64,000 bases of DNA from Patescibacteria group bacterium (GCA_034520665.1 JAXHNJ010000001.1:66579-130578), one strand, 5' to 3'; counted from the first letter of the stretch, positions 1 to 9,355 are shown. A program made the numbers and translations. The notes: a model not told the origin generated them from the letters alone.

Positions 1-417
1 ATTTATTTTATCTCCCAGGTCCACTTTTTCTAAAAGAGACTGGGCTCTATGGCGGCAGCTCTTAGCGGCCTGAAGCATCATGGCCGGCAGCATCACATTT
101 TCTAGAGCGGTTAACTCGGCAATTAAAGCGTATTCCTGGAAAATATAGCCCAGCTGGGTCAATCTTAATTCACGTCTTTTCTTAGAGGACATTTTAACCA
201 TTTCCTGAGTATTCAGATATATTTCTCCTTTATCCGGCCGGTCAACCAAAGCCAGCTGCCGCATTAAAGTAGATTTGCCAGAGCCATTACGGCCGCAAAT
301 AATTAAAAAATCACCCTGATTTACGGTGAGGGAAATATTTTTTAAAGCCGGTACTTTAACTTCTCCAAGATGATAAGTCTTAGAAATATTATTAACTTTG
401 ATTAAAGTTTTAGACAT
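1..417 (-). CDS. ABC transporter ATP-binding protein, N-terminal part (gene continues beyond window start)
   Basis: Minus-strand ORF with ATG at 415-417. Translation MSKTLIKVNNISKTYHLGE...GRNGSGKSTLMRQL (Walker A)...YIFQEYALIAELTALENV. It runs off the window edge. Confidence 0.8.
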   Translation of the reverse strand, partial: MSKTLIKVNNISKTYHLGEVKVPALKNISLTVNQGDFLIICGRNGSGKSTLMRQLALVDRPDKGEIYLNTQEMVKMSSKKRRELRLTQLGYIFQEYALIAELTALENVMLPAMMLQAAKSCRHRAQSLLEKVDLGDKIN

Positions 418-470
418 AAAAAAACAGAGCTAGTAGCCTTATTATAGGCTTAATAAAAGGCAAAGTCAAT

Positions 471-1163
471 TTAAATTCTAATTAAAGAATTTTTAGAAAA
501 AGGAAATTCAATATTTTTATTAATCTTTTTATAGATAAATTCAGGTACGCCAATATCAGCCAGAAAGATCTTACCAGAATATTCTTGGCCCATTTCAGTT
601 TTAAAAGCTTTTTTAGCCAGACCTAAAGAAAGTGTAGCAAAAGCTTGCACAGTTGGCTGATAGGCTCGGCCTTCAACTGATAGTCCCGAAGGGATATCAT
701 AGGCAATAATATTATTTTTTGACTGATTCATTAAATTTATTAACTCGGCGAAATTATCACGGGGAGCCCCTTTCAGATGATAGCCAATCAGTCCGTCAAT
801 GAGAATATCAGCTTTTTTAATTTTGTTTTTAGCGGTATTTTTATTAAAAAGTGAAATGGGCACTTTCATTTTCTTTAATAAATTCAAATGATCTTGGGCC
901 GCTGAACTGACCTTTTTTGAAATCAATATAATTTCTCCCTTAAAGCCGTGATTAATAAGATGGCGGGAAGCACCAAGTACGTCGCCACCTTTATTGCCTT
1001 TACCAATGACGCTTAAAAATTTTTGATTTTTTTTGATTTTAAGTCGGCTAAATAAATCTAAAATATGAAAACCAGCTAGCTCCATCATTTGCTGAGTTTT
1101 CAGGCCGTGCTTGACAGCTAAAGCATCAAGTTTTTCCAAATCTTTTTCCAAAGCATAATACAT
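471..1163 (-). CDS. NAD(P)H-hydrate epimerase (YjeF N-terminal domain family)
   Basis: 230-aa ORF with GKGNKGGDVLGASRHL and DGLIGYHLKGAPR motifs typical of the YjeF-N / NnrE fold. Confidence 0.6.
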   Translation of the reverse strand: MYYALEKDLEKLDALAVKHGLKTQQMMELAGFHILDLFSRLKIKKNQKFLSVIGKGNKGGDVLGASRHLINHGFKGEIILISKKVSSAAQDHLNLLKKMKVPISLFNKNTAKNKIKKADILIDGLIGYHLKGAPRDNFAELINLMNQSKNNIIAYDIPSGLSVEGRAYQPTVQAFATLSLGLAKKAFKTEMGQEYSGKIFLADIGVPEFIYKKINKNIEFPFSKNSLIRI

Positions 1164-1461
1164 ATTATTATCATATCAATAAAACCCCGCCTTTAGTTAA
1201 GGGCCGGGTTTTATTACTTTTATGAGCAGCCGCCACAGCCGCCGCAAGGAGGATCTAATTTCATAGTATATTTTTATTAATTATTAATCTTAGTTTTTAA
1301 GATAGCAGAAATTTTTATTGAAAGCAAATTGGTCATTTATAGTAATAATTATTTTAAAAACAATATTTGACCATTATTTATGTTTTTGTTAATGTTAGAA
1401 GCTATCTTATGCTTAAATGATGCTCTTTATTATATAAAAAATTTTTTCAGGGAGGAAACAG

Positions 1462-1710
1462 ATGAGTCTGAAGATTAGCTGGCAAAACTGGTTTATGGCT
1501 ATAAACAATAGCCATCTAAGCCCTAATGACAAGAAATTTTTAAGAGGAGTAATTGGCGGTTATATCAATCGTGAAGACGGACGTTATCCGGAAATTAGTG
1601 AGGAGGAATTTCGCCAGCTGTGCCAGGAAGTCGGGTCAATAAATTTAGGCACTTTTAATATGCGCCTAGCTCTTGAAAAAGGTCGTCTAGTTTTGCAAAA
1701 AGTAAACTAA
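1462..1710 (+). CDS. hypothetical small protein
   Basis: 82-aa ORF with GGAGG Shine-Dalgarno 7 nt upstream. A strong terminator follows. Confidence 0.5.
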   Translation: MSLKISWQNWFMAINNSHLSPNDKKFLRGVIGGYINREDGRYPEISEEEFRQLCQEVGSINLGTFNMRLALEKGRLVLQKVN

Positions 1711-1727
1711 TAGAAAAATCAGAATAT

Positions 1728-1762
1728 ATCCTACTGCTGATTATAGGTGGTAGGATTTTTTT
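1728..1762 (+). terminator. rho-independent terminator
   Basis: ATCCTAC...GTAGGAT 7-bp stem followed by TTTTTTT. Confidence 0.7.
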
Positions 1763-1874
1763 ATTTAGAATAATTTTGATTATATCGGGGAATATTGTCC
1801 AAATATAGAATTTATAAAAAGCCCGTAATGTATATATCTATTCGTTATTTTAAATTATAGATCTAATTTTGTTA

Positions 1875-1902
1875 TTTACAAACTAATAAATTTTGATATA
1901 CT
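1875..1902 (+). promoter_or_regulatory. sigma70-like promoter candidate upstream of the tRNA locus
   Basis: TTTACA-N16-TATACT about 20 nt upstream of the structured RNA locus. Confidence 0.35.
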
Positions 1903-1923
1903 AAGAAAGTTAAATAGACTTTT

Positions 1924-2288
1924 CGGGGTATGGCGCAGTTGTCCCGAAGTTATCGAAATCTTTGATTTCGTCATAACTTCGAGAATCCTCGTCCTACCAC
2001 AAAGTGGCAAGGACGGGAGCTAGCGCGTACGCATAAGGTGCCTGCCCGCCTTGACTGCCGGGGATTAGCTCAGTTGGCTAGAGCGCGCGCATGGGGTGCG
2101 TGAGGTCGCCCGTTCAAGTCGGGTATCCCCGATAGTCAAGGCTGTCGGGCGGGCGTGAGGTCGCCTGTTCAAGCTTGCCCCGTACCTGACGACTCTGAGC
2201 GAAGTCGAAGAGAAGTCATGGTTCGGGGTCTGGCCTGCCCGCTGAAGCCCGCAGTAAAACAAAGGGCGAAAGCGGGCTACCCCGACCA
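1924..2288 (+). ncRNA. GC-rich composite structured RNA with tRNA-like termini (5' CGGGGTA pairs with 3' TACCCCG, then A, then encoded CCA). It encloses a tRNA-Pro. Class unresolved.
   Basis: Sharply GC-rich block in AT-rich DNA. The ends form a perfect 7-bp acceptor-like helix plus A-CCA. A GCGC/AGTTG...GCTA/GCGC D-arm is interrupted by about 77 nt of hairpins. A degenerate copy of a tRNA 3' half lies at 2153-2182. Multiple GCCCGC/GCGGGC complementary boxes. Confidence 0.35.
2059..2132 (+). tRNA. tRNA-Pro (anticodon GGG)
   Basis: Hand-folded cloverleaf: acceptor CGGGGAT/ATCCCCG with C1-G72 and A73 (bacterial Pro identity). D-arm GCTC-AGTTGGCTA-GAGC. Anticodon stem CGCGC/GCGTG with loop ATGGGGT. 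T-arm GCCCG-TTCAAGT-CGGGT. No encoded CCA. Confidence 0.85.
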
Positions 2289-2410
2289 CAGTTTATCTGA
2301 CTAACGTGCGCTTGTCCCGATTTCTCTATACGACAAAAGTGTTTGGATGGTAATTGATGTTGTTGTTATTGGGTTTTTAATAGGATTAATAATTAAATTT
2401 AGAAAATAAT

Positions 2411-3475
2411 ATGTTTTGTGAACAATGTGGAAAACAAATATCTGAAGCGGGAAAATATTGTCGCTATTGTGGCCATAAAACACAAGAATTAAAACAAGAA
2501 GTTAGTGTTGATAAACAAAAAGATGAAATATCAAAACAAAAACAAAAGATTGATAATATTAAATATGCGGGATTTTGGATTAGATTTTTTGCGTACCTAA
2601 TTGATGGCTTTGTTATTTTGGTATTATTGGCTGTTTTGTACTTAATATTACCGAAAATTTTTGATGATTATACTCTTTTTATAATCCTTTATATATTTTT
2701 AATTTGGGCGTATTTTATTTATTTTGAAGGCAAAAGTGGTTCAACAATAGGAAAAAAGTTACTAGGGATTAAAGTGCTCTCTAAGGATTTAAAACCGATT
2801 AATTATAATATTGCGTTCATACGAACATTAGGGAAAATTCCATCAAGTATATTATTTTTAGGTTATATTGCCATTGCCTTAAACAAAAACAAATTGGGTT
2901 GGCACGATAAAATTGCCAAGACAGTAGTTATTTATGAAAGAAAAAAGGCAAAGAGTAAAAAATTTGAGGATAAAAAAGTAAAGAATAAGAAAAATACAAA
3001 AAAATCTACTAGCACTATTATTGCCACAAGAATTCTTTATAGTGTACTTATCTTACTTTTATTATTTTTATCAATCCTTGGAGCAATAGGAGCATTTACA
3101 GAGAAAGGGAACGGTAATCAAAATTCAAATAAAACATCAATTACAAATAGAGTGATTAATCCTATGCCCGACCATTTAATAATAATGGATCCCCTTTTTA
3201 AAATAGATAGCTCTGGGGAATATCAGTGCAAAAGGTTCGGTGAAATTGGCTTTATGCCTGAGGATTATTTAGCAGAAAAAGAAATTGAAATTAGAGGATA
3301 TTTTGCGGGGACGTCATTAAGCGTTAATGATATAGATATAGAGTTAAAAGGTACAAAATTTGACACAAATATAGAGTTTGATTTTAAGTCAGGGAAAAAT
3401 AGATTGATATTTAAAGGTATATACCCAACAGGGAGAGAAGAAATAAGAGAATGTTATATGGAATATAGACCCTAA
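2411..3475 (+). CDS. zinc-ribbon plus RDD-family membrane protein
   Basis: N-terminal CxxC...CxxC (MFCEQCGKQISEAGKYCRYCGHK), then hydrophobic RDD-like segment (FWIRFFAYLIDGFVILVLL) and a C-terminal soluble domain. Confidence 0.6.
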   Translation: MFCEQCGKQISEAGKYCRYCGHKTQELKQEVSVDKQKDEISKQKQKIDNIKYAGFWIRFFAYLIDGFVILVLLAVLYLILPKIFDDYTLFIILYIFLIWAYFIYFEGKSGSTIGKKLLGIKVLSKDLKPINYNIAFIRTLGKIPSSILFLGYIAIALNKNKLGWHDKIAKTVVIYERKKAKSKKFEDKKVKNKKNTKKSTSTIIATRILYSVLILLLLFLSILGAIGAFTEKGNGNQNSNKTSITNRVINPMPDHLIIMDPLFKIDSSGEYQCKRFGEIGFMPEDYLAEKEIEIRGYFAGTSLSVNDIDIELKGTKFDTNIEFDFKSGKNRLIFKGIYPTGREEIRECYMEYRP

Positions 3476-3667
3476 ATTGTAAAAATACTTATACTTGCGT
3501 TAAAATTTAATCTATAACAAAGAAAAGAGAAAAATCCTAAGAAAAATATTGCCCGAAATGTATGAAGAATAAGACAGTTAGGATTGACAAATGTACTGTA
3601 AAAAATGTGGCGCTAAACTTATGCTGGTAGATTAGTCAAATGGCATAAGAATTTAATTTTAAAAAGT

Positions 3668-4222
3668 ATGAAGATATTAGAATCAATAAAGCAGGATGAA
3701 GTTTGGGAGCATTGGTTTAAAATAGAAAAGCCTAAAGAATATAAAAAAATCATTGATAATGGTGATAACACTGAATTAAAGAAAGAGATTAGATGTTGGC
3801 GTTGCGATATTAAGTCTTTACTCCCCACAAATATTAAATGGTCTAAAGCTAAATTAGAAAATAATGATATAGAAAAAATTTTTATCATTTCTTCAAGCGA
3901 CTGGAGATTAGATAAGCTATGTATACCAGACTATAAATTAACATCAGCTATTATAAATTACAGAAAAAAGTTCTCCACAGCAGGTAAGTTTAAAAATATC
4001 CATGAAAAAGAAAATCTTTTTTTGTCTAGCCCTAATGTACTTGACACAAAGTTAATTTTTATTTCGGAAAAAATAAGCGGACTATTTACTATAATAGAGG
4101 GCAACAAAAGAGCTGTTGCGTTAGGTAAACTTGATAAAATGAAAGGTTTAGAAATTTTTTTAGGGATTTCACCGGAAATAAAAGATTCTACTTGGGCGAG
4201 GTATTCATATAATATTAAGTGA
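3668..4222 (+). CDS. hypothetical protein with ParB/Srx-like nuclease-fold motif
   Basis: 184-aa ORF. C-terminal IIEGNKRAVALGKL resembles the ParB-type GxxRxxA motif. Weak call. Confidence 0.4.
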   Translation: MKILESIKQDEVWEHWFKIEKPKEYKKIIDNGDNTELKKEIRCWRCDIKSLLPTNIKWSKAKLENNDIEKIFIISSSDWRLDKLCIPDYKLTSAIINYRKKFSTAGKFKNIHEKENLFLSSPNVLDTKLIFISEKISGLFTIIEGNKRAVALGKLDKMKGLEIFLGISPEIKDSTWARYSYNIK

Positions 4223-4380
4223 TTATAATTAACATAATGAATGAGTTTAATAGAAAAGAAGTAAGTAAATTATTGTTCGATTGTCATCGGAGGCGCTGTA
4301 TTTGTCATTAGTTTTGTGGGATCAAGATGGAAACAGACCATATTGATTAGCATGCAGAACCACAAAATAATTCTATTGAG

Positions 4381-4771
4381 ATGCAATTCTGGTTTATTTT
4401 GAGTGCCATGCCGAAATACATCTTTACAATAATAAACACCAAAGGGAAGAAAATTTTTACCTGAAGAATTAAAACAGCATAAAAAACAGTGGTTCAATAC
4501 ATACAAAAACTATCCTGAAATTTTTATTATTCCCATGCAGCATAGTGACATTGGACCATTACAAGCACTGCTCGATGAGCTAATGTTTAATAATAAAAAA
4601 AACAACTCAAATGAAATTGGATGTCCATTTGAGACAAAACAATTTGATCGCGTTTTGTCAGAAGGATACCTTTCAATATTACATGACGATTTATTCGATT
4701 CATTAATGGAGATATATCGGAAGGGCAGTCGCTCGAATGTCAGCGAAAATTCTCTTCAAAATAGGTTCTAA
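4381..4771 (+). pseudogene. frameshifted / decayed gene of unknown function
   Basis: 27-codon ORF (MQFWFILSAMPKYIFTIINTKGKKIFT*) and the downstream 78-codon ORF overlap in different frames, with the similar peptide strings NTKGKKIF and TPKGRKFL across an A-run. Several more short broken frames lie upstream (4270-4380). Confidence 0.4.
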
Positions 4772-4862
4772 CCTCGTTCAATAATTGCGACCAAATTATT
4801 TATTAATAAAAAAACACTCTCATAATATTTTCGGAGCGTTTTTTAAATTTATTAAATAATAT

Positions 4863-5039
4863 TTACTTTTTCTCTTTGGCCTGATCTCTAATACAAGCAG
4901 CACAGGCTTTATATTTTTTGCCGTTTTTGATTAAAGTTTGCAAATTTATCTTTTGTAATCTTTTGGTGGCTATGTTAGAATGACTGCGCGAAATAGCTGT
5001 CTTAGCCGTCTTGCCGCAGATTTCACATTTTCTGGCCAT
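4863..5039 (-). CDS. rpmB: 50S ribosomal protein L28
   Basis: 58-aa ORF MARKCEICGKTAKTAISRSHSNIATKRLQKINLQTLIKNGKKYKACAACIRDQAKEKK. Below the ORF-track length cutoff. Confidence 0.85.
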   Translation of the reverse strand: MARKCEICGKTAKTAISRSHSNIATKRLQKINLQTLIKNGKKYKACAACIRDQAKEKK

Positions 5040-5112
5040 GAGTCTGTTTACTTAATTTATTATAATAATTTAACTTAAATAAGTATAACATAATTTTTAT
5101 TTTTTTCAAGCG

Positions 5113-5742
5113 ATGATACTACAATTACTATTTTCCGAACCATTATTTTTCTTTATCTGGGTAGCCGCTATTATTGTCGGTATTACTATTCATGAGTTTG
5201 CTCATGCCTGGTCAGCCTATCTTTTAGGCGATCCGACGGCTAAAAATATGGGCCGGCTTTCTTTAAATCCCTTGGTTCATCTGGATCCTTTTGGGTTCCT
5301 CTTTTTATTAATTGCCGGCATTGGCTATGGCAAACCGGTTCCGGTTAACCCATATAATCTAAAGGATCAAAAAAAAGGAGAAATATTGGTTTCAGCGGCT
5401 GGTCCGGTTTCTAATCTGGTACAGATAGTCATTTTTGGCTTAGCTTTTCATTTTTTAGTCTCTCTTGGTCCCAACAACCTTTTAGTCAGTTTTTTAGTGG
5501 CTCTAATTTATATTAATATTATATTAATGGTTTTTAATTTAGTGCCTATTCCGCCCTTAGATGGGTCAAAAATACTGATGAATGTTTTACCCTCTTCAGC
5601 TGATAATTTTAAGCTTTGGCTGCAAAGGCGCGGACCTTTGGTGCTTTTTGGCCTGATAATTTTAGATAGAGTCCTTGGTTTGGGTATTTTTGCCGGAATT
5701 TTTAATTTTTTCATTAATTTAATATTTAGTGTTTTTGGATAG
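5113..5742 (+). CDS. site-2 protease family zinc metalloprotease (peptidase M50-like)
   Basis: Polytopic membrane ORF with HEFAHA (HExxH) and downstream LDGS motif. Confidence 0.7.
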   Translation: MILQLLFSEPLFFFIWVAAIIVGITIHEFAHAWSAYLLGDPTAKNMGRLSLNPLVHLDPFGFLFLLIAGIGYGKPVPVNPYNLKDQKKGEILVSAAGPVSNLVQIVIFGLAFHFLVSLGPNNLLVSFLVALIYINIILMVFNLVPIPPLDGSKILMNVLPSSADNFKLWLQRRGPLVLFGLIILDRVLGLGIFAGIFNFFINLIFSVFG

Positions 5743-5863
5743 TTTTTTGAGGACAAGAGGACAATAGATATAGAGACAATTGACATAAGGACATCGAACA
5801 ATAGGGTGTTGGATAGTTTAATTATCGACAAGCGCTAAGCAATTAGCTAAAAGCCGCCTTGAC

Positions 5864-5892
5864 TTGACATCTATTATATGATTTGATATATT
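5864..5892 (+). promoter_or_regulatory. sigma70-like promoter of the str operon
   Basis: TTGACA-N17-TATATT about 75 nt upstream of rpsL. Confidence 0.55.
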
Positions 5893-5968
5893 TTAAGCAA
5901 GGAATTCCTCGCTTTATAATAAGAGGATTTTTTAATAAAACAATTTATGCTAGAATTAAAGAAATAAA

Positions 5969-6391
5969 ATGCCCACAACCAATCAATTAATTAGAAAAGG
6001 AAGAAAATCCACCAAGAAAAAATCAAAAACGCCGGCTTTGCAGACGACTTTGAATGTGCTCAAAAGAAAAAGAAAAGAACTGAAAAAAGGAGCTCCTTTT
6101 AAAAGAGGCGTTTGTACTAAGGTAACTACAGTAACTCCCAAAAAACCGAACTCAGCCTTGCGTAAAATTGCCAGAGTCCGGCTTTCTAATGGTCAGGAAG
6201 TAACGGCCTATATACCGGGAGAAGGCCATAATCTACAGGAACACTCCATTGTGATGATACGCGGCGGCCGAGTTAAAGACTTGCCAGGCGTGCGCTATCA
6301 CGTAGTTAGGGGAAGATATGATACCTCGGGTGTGGAAGGCCGTCAGCAAAGTCGCAGCCACTACGGCACTAAAAAGGAGAAAAAAGCATGA
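5969..6391 (+). CDS. rpsL: 30S ribosomal protein S12
   Basis: [12 protein letters not shown]...[10 protein letters not shown]...[13 protein letters not shown]. Confidence 0.97.
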   Translation: MPTTNQLIRKGRKSTKKKSKTPALQTTLNVLKRKRKELKKGAPFKRGVCTKVTTVTPKKPNSALRKIARVRLSNGQEVTAYIPGEGHNLQEHSIVMIRGGRVKDLPGVRYHVVRGRYDTSGVEGRQQSRSHYGTKKEKKA

Positions 6392-6858
6392 GAGCCAAAC
6401 AATTTCCCAAAAGAGACATCAAGCCTGACCCTAAGTTTAATAATGTTATTGTAGCTAAGTTTATAAACCAAATAATGCGTCGGGGTAAAAAATCCCTGGC
6501 TCAAAATTTAGTTTATAAGACTTTTGATATTATTTCAGAAAAAGAAAAGACAGATCCTTTGGAAGTTTTTGAAAAAGCTTTAAAAAATGTCTCACCAGTC
6601 TTAGAAGTTATTTCCAGACGCATTGGCGGGGCTAACTATCAGATTCCAATTGAAGTTCGCGGCGATCGTCGTATGACTTTAGCTATGCGCTGGATTATCA
6701 AAGCAGCTCAAAGTAAAAAAGGCAAACAAATGCCTGAAAAATTAGCTAGCGAATTGATTTTGGCGGCTAAAAAAGAAGGCAGTGCTATGTCTAAAAAAGA
6801 AGAAGTACACCGCATGGCTGAATCAAACCGCGCTTTTGCTCATTTTGGCCGCAGTTAA
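6388..6858 (+). CDS. rpsG: 30S ribosomal protein S7
   Basis: S7 signature ([11 protein letters not shown]...[18 protein letters not shown]...AHFGR). 4-nt overlap with rpsL. Confidence 0.95.
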   Translation: MRAKQFPKRDIKPDPKFNNVIVAKFINQIMRRGKKSLAQNLVYKTFDIISEKEKTDPLEVFEKALKNVSPVLEVISRRIGGANYQIPIEVRGDRRMTLAMRWIIKAAQSKKGKQMPEKLASELILAAKKEGSAMSKKEEVHRMAESNRAFAHFGRS

Positions 6859-6886
6859 TTTTTAAATAATTAATTATAAAAAATAT

Positions 6887-7120
6887 ATGGGAAACGAATC
6901 CAGAGAAAATATAAGATTAGAAGGATTAATAGAATCAGCCAAAATGTTGGCCAAAAATTTTAATCAAAATGAGGTTAATCCACAAAATCTCCCCAAAGAA
7001 AGAAAAGTTTTAATAGAAAAACTAGAAGATGTAGTAGCTCAGATTGAAGAATTTGATGCTAAAGAAGTGCCAGAGTTAGCTAAAAATATTCTTGAAGAAG
7101 AAAAAAAGAGCCAAGAATAA
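6887..7120 (+). CDS. hypothetical small acidic protein inserted between rpsG and fusA
   Basis: 77-aa ORF, coiled-coil-like (EKLEDVVAQIEEFDAKEVPELAKNILEEEKK). Confidence 0.4.
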   Translation: MGNESRENIRLEGLIESAKMLAKNFNQNEVNPQNLPKERKVLIEKLEDVVAQIEEFDAKEVPELAKNILEEEKKSQE

Positions 7121-7164
7121 GTAATATTATTTAATTAAACTAAATATTAATAATTTTTTAATTT

Positions 7165-7266
7165 ATGCCCAGAAAATATCCCCTAGAAAAAACTCGTAAT
7201 ATTGGTATTATTGCTCACCCTTCGGCGGAGCTCAGGATGACTAAAATCAAGAAAGGAGTTAATTAA
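7165..7266 (+). pseudogene. duplicated fusA 5' end (33-codon pseudo-N-terminus) ending 5 nt before the real fusA start
   Basis: [36 protein letters not shown]. Codons 4-17 repeat the true fusA codons 4-17 (32-nt exact repeat 7174-7205 versus 7280-7311). The 3' end of the ORF carries the GAAAGGAG RBS of fusA. Confidence 0.5.
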
Positions 7267-7270
7267 ATCT

Positions 7271-9355
7271 ATGGAACGTAAATATCCCCTAGAAAAAACT
7301 CGTAATATTGGAATAATAGCTCACATCGACGCTGGTAAAACTACGGTGACCGAGCGCGTTTTATTTTATACCGGACGCAAACACAAAATTGGCGAAGTTC
7401 ATGAAGGGGAAGCGGAAATGGACTGGATGGAACAGGAAAGAGAAAGAGGTATTACTATTACTTCAGCCGCTACCACTTGTTTTTGGAAAGATAATCGCAT
7501 TAATATAATTGATACTCCGGGTCATATTGATTTTACCGCTGAAGTTCAGCGATCTTTACGGGTTTTGGACGGTGGCGTGGTAGTTTTTGATGGTGTGGCC
7601 GGAGTTGAACCTCAGTCAGAAACAGTCTGGCATCAGGCTGAAAAGTTTAAAATCCCTCTGCTTTGTTTTGTTAATAAAATGGATCGTACTGGCGCAGATT
7701 TTTACTATGACTTAAAAACTATTCACGAAAGATTAAATAAAAACGCCGTTCCCATTCAACTGCCGATTGGAGCTGAAGATAAATTTGAAGGAGTGATTGA
7801 CCTTTTGGCAATGAAAGCCCGGGTTTATAAAGATGAAATGGGTAAGGAATGGGAAGATAAAGATATACCAGAGGACATGAAAGAAAAAGCTGATGAATAT
7901 CGCAAAAAAATGATTGAAACTGTGGCTGAACAGGATGATGAATTATTAAATAAATATTTAGAAGGCGAAGAATTAGATATAAAGGAAATTAAAAAAGTTT
8001 TAAGACAAGCCGTGGTTGATCATAAGCTTTTTCCGGTTCTTTGCGGTTCGGCTTTAAAAAACAGAGGCGTGCAGTTTTTAATGGACGCTATTGTAGACTT
8101 TTTACCCTCACCGCTGGAAGTACCGTCAGTGACTGGCTTTCATCCGGATGATGAAGAAAAAGAAGAGACAAGAAAAGCTGATGATACAGCTCCTTTTGCG
8201 GCTCTTGCTTTTAAAGTAGCTAACGACCCTTATGTGGGGACTTTGACTTTTTTCCGGGTTTATTCCGGTACTTTAAAAGCCGGTTCATACGCTTTAAATC
8301 CCAGAACTGGCAAGAAAGAAAGAATTGGTCGTATTGTTCGAATGCATGCTAATTCCCGGGAAGAAGTGCAAGAAATTCACTCTGGTGAAATAGCCGGCGC
8401 AGTCGGTCTTAAAGACACGACTACCGGTGATACTTTATGTGATGAAAAGCATCCTATAATTTTAGAGTCAATTGAGTTTCCTGACCCGGTTATTTCTATT
8501 GCTATTGAACCAAAAACAAAAGCCGACCAGGAAAAAATGGGACTGGCTTTATCCAAGTTAGCTCAAGAAGATCCTACTTTTAAAATAAGAAGTGACGAAG
8601 AAGTTAATCAAACCATAATTTCAGGCATGGGCGAGCTTCATTTAAATATTCTGGTTGACCGCATGAAAAGGGAGTTTAAAGTGGAAGCTAATGTGGGCGA
8701 ACCTCAGGTAGCTTATAAAGAAACAGTGAGTAAAGTAGCCGAAGCAGAAAGCAAATATATTAAACAATCCGGTGGACGCGGTCAGTATGGCCACTGTATT
8801 GTTAGAATTGAACCTAAAGAAAGAGGCAAAGGCTTTGAATTTGTGGACGCAGTAAAAGGCGGTAATATTCCTAAAGAATTTATTCCGGCTGTAGAAAAAG
8901 GAGTTAAAGAAGCGGTGGATAACGGAATATTAGCCGGTTATCCTCTAGTTGACTTAAAATTGACTTTGCTTGACGGTTCTTACCATGATGTAGACTCTTC
9001 AGAAGCGGCTTTTAAAATCGCCGGCTCTATGGCCTTGCAGGAAGCGGCTAAAAAAGCCAAACCGACCTTGCTAGAGCCAGTCATGAGAATTGAAGTTGTC
9101 ACTCCAGAGAAATTTATGGGAGATGTTATTGGTGATTTGAACGCTAAAAGGGCTAATATTAAAGAGATGACTGATCGGGGCAAAATGAAACTGGTTAAGG
9201 CTAATGTTCCCTTAGCTTCCATGTTTGGTTATACCACTGAATTGCGCTCCATGACTCAGGGCCGGGCTTCAAATTCTATGGAATTTTCTCATTACGCTAA
9301 AGTAGCCCAAAATATAGTAAATGAAATTTTAGAAAGCAAGAATAAAGAAGAATAA
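7271..9355 (+). CDS. fusA: elongation factor G
   Basis: 694 aa with GTPase motifs [21 protein letters not shown]. Confidence 0.97.
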   Translation: MERKYPLEKTRNIGIIAHIDAGKTTVTERVLFYTGRKHKIGEVHEGEAEMDWMEQERERGITITSAATTCFWKDNRINIIDTPGHIDFTAEVQRSLRVLDGGVVVFDGVAGVEPQSETVWHQAEKFKIPLLCFVNKMDRTGADFYYDLKTIHERLNKNAVPIQLPIGAEDKFEGVIDLLAMKARVYKDEMGKEWEDKDIPEDMKEKADEYRKKMIETVAEQDDELLNKYLEGEELDIKEIKKVLRQAVVDHKLFPVLCGSALKNRGVQFLMDAIVDFLPSPLEVPSVTGFHPDDEEKEETRKADDTAPFAALAFKVANDPYVGTLTFFRVYSGTLKAGSYALNPRTGKKERIGRIVRMHANSREEVQEIHSGEIAGAVGLKDTTTGDTLCDEKHPIILESIEFPDPVISIAIEPKTKADQEKMGLALSKLAQEDPTFKIRSDEEVNQTIISGMGELHLNILVDRMKREFKVEANVGEPQVAYKETVSKVAEAESKYIKQSGGRGQYGHCIVRIEPKERGKGFEFVDAVKGGNIPKEFIPAVEKGVKEAVDNGILAGYPLVDLKLTLLDGSYHDVDSSEAAFKIAGSMALQEAAKKAKPTLLEPVMRIEVVTPEKFMGDVIGDLNAKRANIKEMTDRGKMKLVKANVPLASMFGYTTELRSMTQGRASNSMEFSHYAKVAQNIVNEILESKNKEE

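Noticed and set aside
2065-2483. Minus-strand ORFs 2065-2289 (74 aa) and 2301-2483 (60 aa) across the tRNA locus
   Set aside because: They lie on the GC-rich structured RNA, where stop codons are rare by composition. Arg/Pro/Ala-rich nonsense translation with no RBS.
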